A stretch of 20,000 bases of DNA from an uncultured virus (IMG/VR IMGVR_UViG_2061766007_001281) (taxonomy: Duplodnaviria > Heunggongvirae > Uroviricota > Caudoviricetes): the IMG/VR virus record IMGVR_UViG_2061766007_001281, one strand, 5' to 3'. The number at the start of each line of letters is the position of its first letter. Position 1 is the first letter of the stretch. Under the pieces are notes generated by a model. That model searched no databases and was not told the origin of the DNA. It saw only the letters and a program-made list of their open reading frames with translations. Of this stretch, positions 17,030-20,000 are shown piece by piece. The position numbers and the translations under genes were made by a program.

Positions 17030-17891
17030 ATGTCAGAAATAGTACAACTCCCGGATAACAACTCCGGTAACGGCAACCTGCCGTTTTCTATTCCTATCGG
17101 TGGCGGTAACGGCCTGTNNNNNNNNNNNNNNNNNNNNNNNNNNNNNNNNNNNNNNNNNNNNNNNNNNNNNNNNNNNNNNGAACAACGGCGGCGGTTTCGG
17201 CGGTTGGGGTGGTAACGCTGGCGGTGCTGGGTTCCTCAGCAACCAGCTTAACAACGACAGCGGTCGTGAGCTTATCATGAACGCCATTAACAGCAACGGC
17301 GAGGCATCACGCAGCGCCATTCAGAACCTTGCAACCATGCTCGGTCAGGATTACAACACCGTCTTTGCCGCTGTACAGAACGTACAGAGCGCGCTGGCTA
17401 CCCTCGCCGCACAGCAGGGTATGTCAACACTGCAGGTGGTGAACGCTATCCAGTCGGGTGACGCTGCGCTGGCCAGCCAGTTCCAGAAGTGCTGCTGTGA
17501 CAACCAGCTTGCCATCTGCCAGCAGACCAACGCACTCCAGTCACAGGCAGACCGTAACACCAACTCACTGATGAACGCCATCGCAGGACAGAACACCCTC
17601 ATCACAAAGGAGTTCTGTGACCTCAAGGAGCGTGAGTTGCAGAATAAGATTGACGCTCAGGGTGACATCATCACCCAGCTGCGCGGTCAGATTGACAACG
17701 CCAACCAGAGCAATCAGATCATCGGTTACATCAACAGCGTGATTGCGCCGTTGCAGACCAAGCTGACCGAGATTGCAGGTAAGATTCCCAACACCGTACC
17801 CGTCCAGTATCCTAACCTTGTGGCTGTGAACAACACACCCTACAACGGCGGTTACTACGGTATAGGTATGGGTAACGGTTTCTCATTCTAA
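17030..17891 (+). CDS. Gly-rich N-terminus / Gln-Asn-rich coiled-coil phage protein with CCC motif
   Basis: Joined across gap 17118-17179: MSEIVQLPDNNSGNGNLPFSIPIGGGNGL...NNGGGFGGWGG...FQKCCCDNQLAIC. High-expression codon bias. Confidence 0.75.
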
Positions 17892-17904
17892 ACCATGTGC
17901 CGTT

Positions 17905-18243
17905 ATGGGATGCAACAATGTGACCGTAAATGTAGGCGGTGTGCCGTACATGGACGTGCGCAGCGTGCAGGTGACGACAGAGGAGGTGAACCTGGCACTG
18001 GGGTTCCGCCGTATCGCACCTGTGGGGCTGCTGGCTGTCCGTGTGGGCACTGCCATACCGGAGGGCACGACAGGGACGCTGCCTGTCATGCTGACACTCA
18101 ACGGTACGTCACGCCAGCTGACAACGCTGGGAGGGACGGCTGTCACTGCTGCGGACATTGCAGGAACCGGTGTGATACTGGTGTTCAATGACCTGTTCAA
18201 CGGTATCCTGCAGGTGGTATCGCCACTGACAGCGACAGCGTGA
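17905..18243 (+). CDS. Hypothetical small beta-rich protein
   Basis: 112 aa, Val/Thr/Gly-rich; tiles the operon. Confidence 0.65.
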   Translation: MGCNNVTVNVGGVPYMDVRSVQVTTEEVNLALGFRRIAPVGLLAVRVGTAIPEGTTGTLPVMLTLNGTSRQLTTLGGTAVTAADIAGTGVILVFNDLFNGILQVVSPLTATA

Positions 18244-18279
18244 GTAAACCAGAGTACTAACAACTAACAATTTATCAAC

Positions 18280-18804
18280 ATGGATTTCAATTCACTTGGG
18301 CAAGGCAGCCCATTCTATATACTGAGACGCACTGATTCCAAGCCGGTACTGGAAGTGGGCACCGTAAAGTCCAAGACCATGCCGCAGCCGATGTATCAGG
18401 CTCAAGCTGTGCCGACCGCGTTCAACGGCCTGAACGCACAGCAGGTGATAAGCATAACGGTGACGGTGGATAACAAGGATGAGGTCTTTCCTTCTGTGCC
18501 TGTAAACGTAGAGATTGCCGAGCGCGGTAAAGACACGTTCACAGGCAGCCGTGAAGCTATGCTGCAAGCGGTGGATGCGATGATGCAGGCTTCAAAGAAA
18601 GCACTGGGAGAGAAGAATTACCATGAGAACGTGCTGACCGAAGGGGAGAAGATGCTGGAGACGCTCAACCCGCGTTATGCGGAGGAGAAGAACCAGGCAC
18701 GTACCATGGCCGAACTTCAGAACAGGGTGAACGACCAGGACAAAAAGCTGGATGACATGAAAGCGCTGATGGATAAGATACTGACGGCTGTCCAGCCCAA
18801 GTGA
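18280..18804 (+). CDS. Hypothetical protein (beta N-domain plus C-terminal coiled coil)
   Basis: 174 aa, A/C-rich leader. Confidence 0.7.
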   Translation: MDFNSLGQGSPFYILRRTDSKPVLEVGTVKSKTMPQPMYQAQAVPTAFNGLNAQQVISITVTVDNKDEVFPSVPVNVEIAERGKDTFTGSREAMLQAVDAMMQASKKALGEKNYHENVLTEGEKMLETLNPRYAEEKNQARTMAELQNRVNDQDKKLDDMKALMDKILTAVQPK

Positions 18805-18829
18805 TTGTTTTCCTTCAAATACTACGATT

Positions 18830-19084
18830 ATGCCATACATTGTGATAAATGACAAGGACGAGCGCTCAGGTATGCGCTCTGACATGCGTGAGAGTATGCG
18901 TTCATCGCACATGCGCCATTATCCCATGCACTACAAGAATGACAGCTCCGAGTACCAGGAAGGTTACAGCAAGGGCTACATGGAAGGCTGGGAGGACGCA
19001 GAGAAGGAATTGTGTGACGAGAAGGACGGACAGATGCGTGAGGAATACAGGCGCAGACGCGACCGTATGGGACGTTACATGTGA
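18830..19084 (+). CDS. Small charged low-complexity protein (YQEGYSKGYMEG; ends RRRRDRMGRYM)
   Basis: 84 aa, preceded by an AT-rich leader and followed by a terminator. Confidence 0.65.
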   Translation: MPYIVINDKDERSGMRSDMRESMRSSHMRHYPMHYKNDSSEYQEGYSKGYMEGWEDAEKELCDEKDGQMREEYRRRRDRMGRYM

Positions 19085-19092
19085 TTTTCATC

Positions 19093-19125
19093 GGGCCGGT
19101 GGGCTGTTGGTCCACTGGCCTTTTT
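19093..19125 (+). terminator. Intrinsic terminator
   Basis: GGGCCGGTGGGC-TGTTG-GTCCACTGGCCT stem with G-U pairs, running into a T tract (TTTTT, 19121-19125). Confidence 0.7.
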
Positions 19126-19151
19126 ATAAACGATTACAGAGCAAAAAAGAT

Positions 19152-19547
19152 ATGCAATACATAATGTCAGAGGGTGAGGCCCTGTATATGGACCAGAACA
19201 AAGGACGGTTCAGCAAGGCAATGGCTGAGTGGGCCATATCATCCATGCGCAGGAAAGACGAGAACGACACGCTCAGACCTATCACACGACACTCCATTGA
19301 GGAGCTGGAGGAGCTGATGCGTCAGATGGGTATGCACATAAAGGAGGAGGACCTCTACACCGCGTGGTACCTGTACAACATGTGTTATGCGGATTATCCC
19401 AAGTGCCTGCCGAGCAAACAGGCAATCGCCTATTTCATACAGGAGACTCTGTATGATCCGGACTGCTGCCCGGAGGCGGTGCTGGCCTGTTTCCGTGCCA
19501 AGATGGACGCTATGGATATTCCGATACACTGGGAGAGGATGATATGA
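19152..19547 (+). CDS. Hypothetical helical protein (YLYNMCYADY motif)
   Basis: Likely true start is ATG 19152 after GCAAAAAAGAT; 131 aa. The track's extension to 18849 overlaps another gene and a terminator. Confidence 0.7.
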   Translation: MQYIMSEGEALYMDQNKGRFSKAMAEWAISSMRRKDENDTLRPITRHSIEELEELMRQMGMHIKEEDLYTAWYLYNMCYADYPKCLPSKQAIAYFIQETLYDPDCCPEAVLACFRAKMDAMDIPIHWERMI

Positions 19548-19937
19548 GGACCAAGTATATTGACGTGGACGGCTTTTGGGGCGTGGTGCTGTGCTATGAC
19601 CTGGACTGGGACGATGAACGGAAGGTCAGGGCATACCTGCGCTCCTTTGGTCTGAAAGAGGACAGGATTGACTACTGCGTGGATACCGTGCTGGGGCGGA
19701 TGAACTGCGCGTGTTGCGTGAGTGACTATGAGACCACCATGAGTCTGGTGCTGATTGGTTCCACCACGGATAAGGAGCAGCTGGTGGACAGCCTGGNNNN
19801 NNNNNNNNNNNNNNNNNNNNNNNNNNNNGCTGTCTGTATTCTACGGCTTTCCGCTGGGAAGTGAGGATGCAGCATATACTTTAGGGTTCCTGATGCGTGA
19901 GGGTATGAAAGCGGTTATGCCAACATGCATATCATAA
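19544..19937 (+). CDS. Hypothetical protein, possible zincin-like metallopeptidase
   Basis: Joined across gap 19797-19828: ...DKEQLVDSL[gap]LSVFYGFPLGSEDAAYTLG... An HExxH would be expected in the gap but cannot be seen. Confidence 0.5.
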
Positions 19938-20000
19938 AAAGCATGAGTGTTGCCAGTCGCCGCTGGTGCCGGACGTTTGATTTATACCTACACTCATGCC

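Noticed and set aside
18849..19151. N-terminal extension of the 232-aa ORF
   Set aside because: Overlaps the 18830..19084 gene out of frame and crosses a terminator; ATG 19152 has the proper leader.
1316..19828. Apparent frameshifts/pseudogenes in terL, capsid, 6242, 7056, DGR target, 16149, 17030 and 19544 genes
   Set aside because: Every frame change coincides with an N gap of estimated length, and both sides are open with normal codon usage. These are scaffolding artefacts, not programmed frameshifts or decay.
1..20000. Stop-codon reassignment as in some gut phages
   Set aside because: Genes tile densely under the standard code. TAG is rarely used as a stop, but no gene needs read-through.

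Overview
Virion-morphogenesis region of a tailed dsDNA phage or prophage. The host is probably Bacteroidales, judged from TAnnTTTG -7 promoter boxes and A-rich translation starts without Shine-Dalgarno sites. A divergent promoter region at about 2332-2450 drives two operons. Leftward: a tandem-repeat helical protein, a minimal rhomboid intramembrane protease, and the terminase large subunit. Rightward: scaffold, major capsid protein with an unusual membrane-anchor/signal-like N-terminus, adaptor, and tail/fibre proteins. The tail module contains a diversity-generating retroelement (DGR): a C-type-lectin-fold target gene whose variable region falls in the largest N gap, a GC hairpin, an AAC-rich template repeat, and a reverse transcriptase with a fused ~140-aa C-terminal domain and no visible avd gene. 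A holin, a membrane protein, an excisionase-like HTH gene and a separately promoted six-gene cassette of unknown function follow. Ten N gaps of inexact length create false frameshifts, so several genes are split or absent in the supplied ORF track. The best novelty candidates are (1) the rhomboid protease paired with a membrane-leader capsid protein and (2) the Avd-less DGR with an RT fusion.
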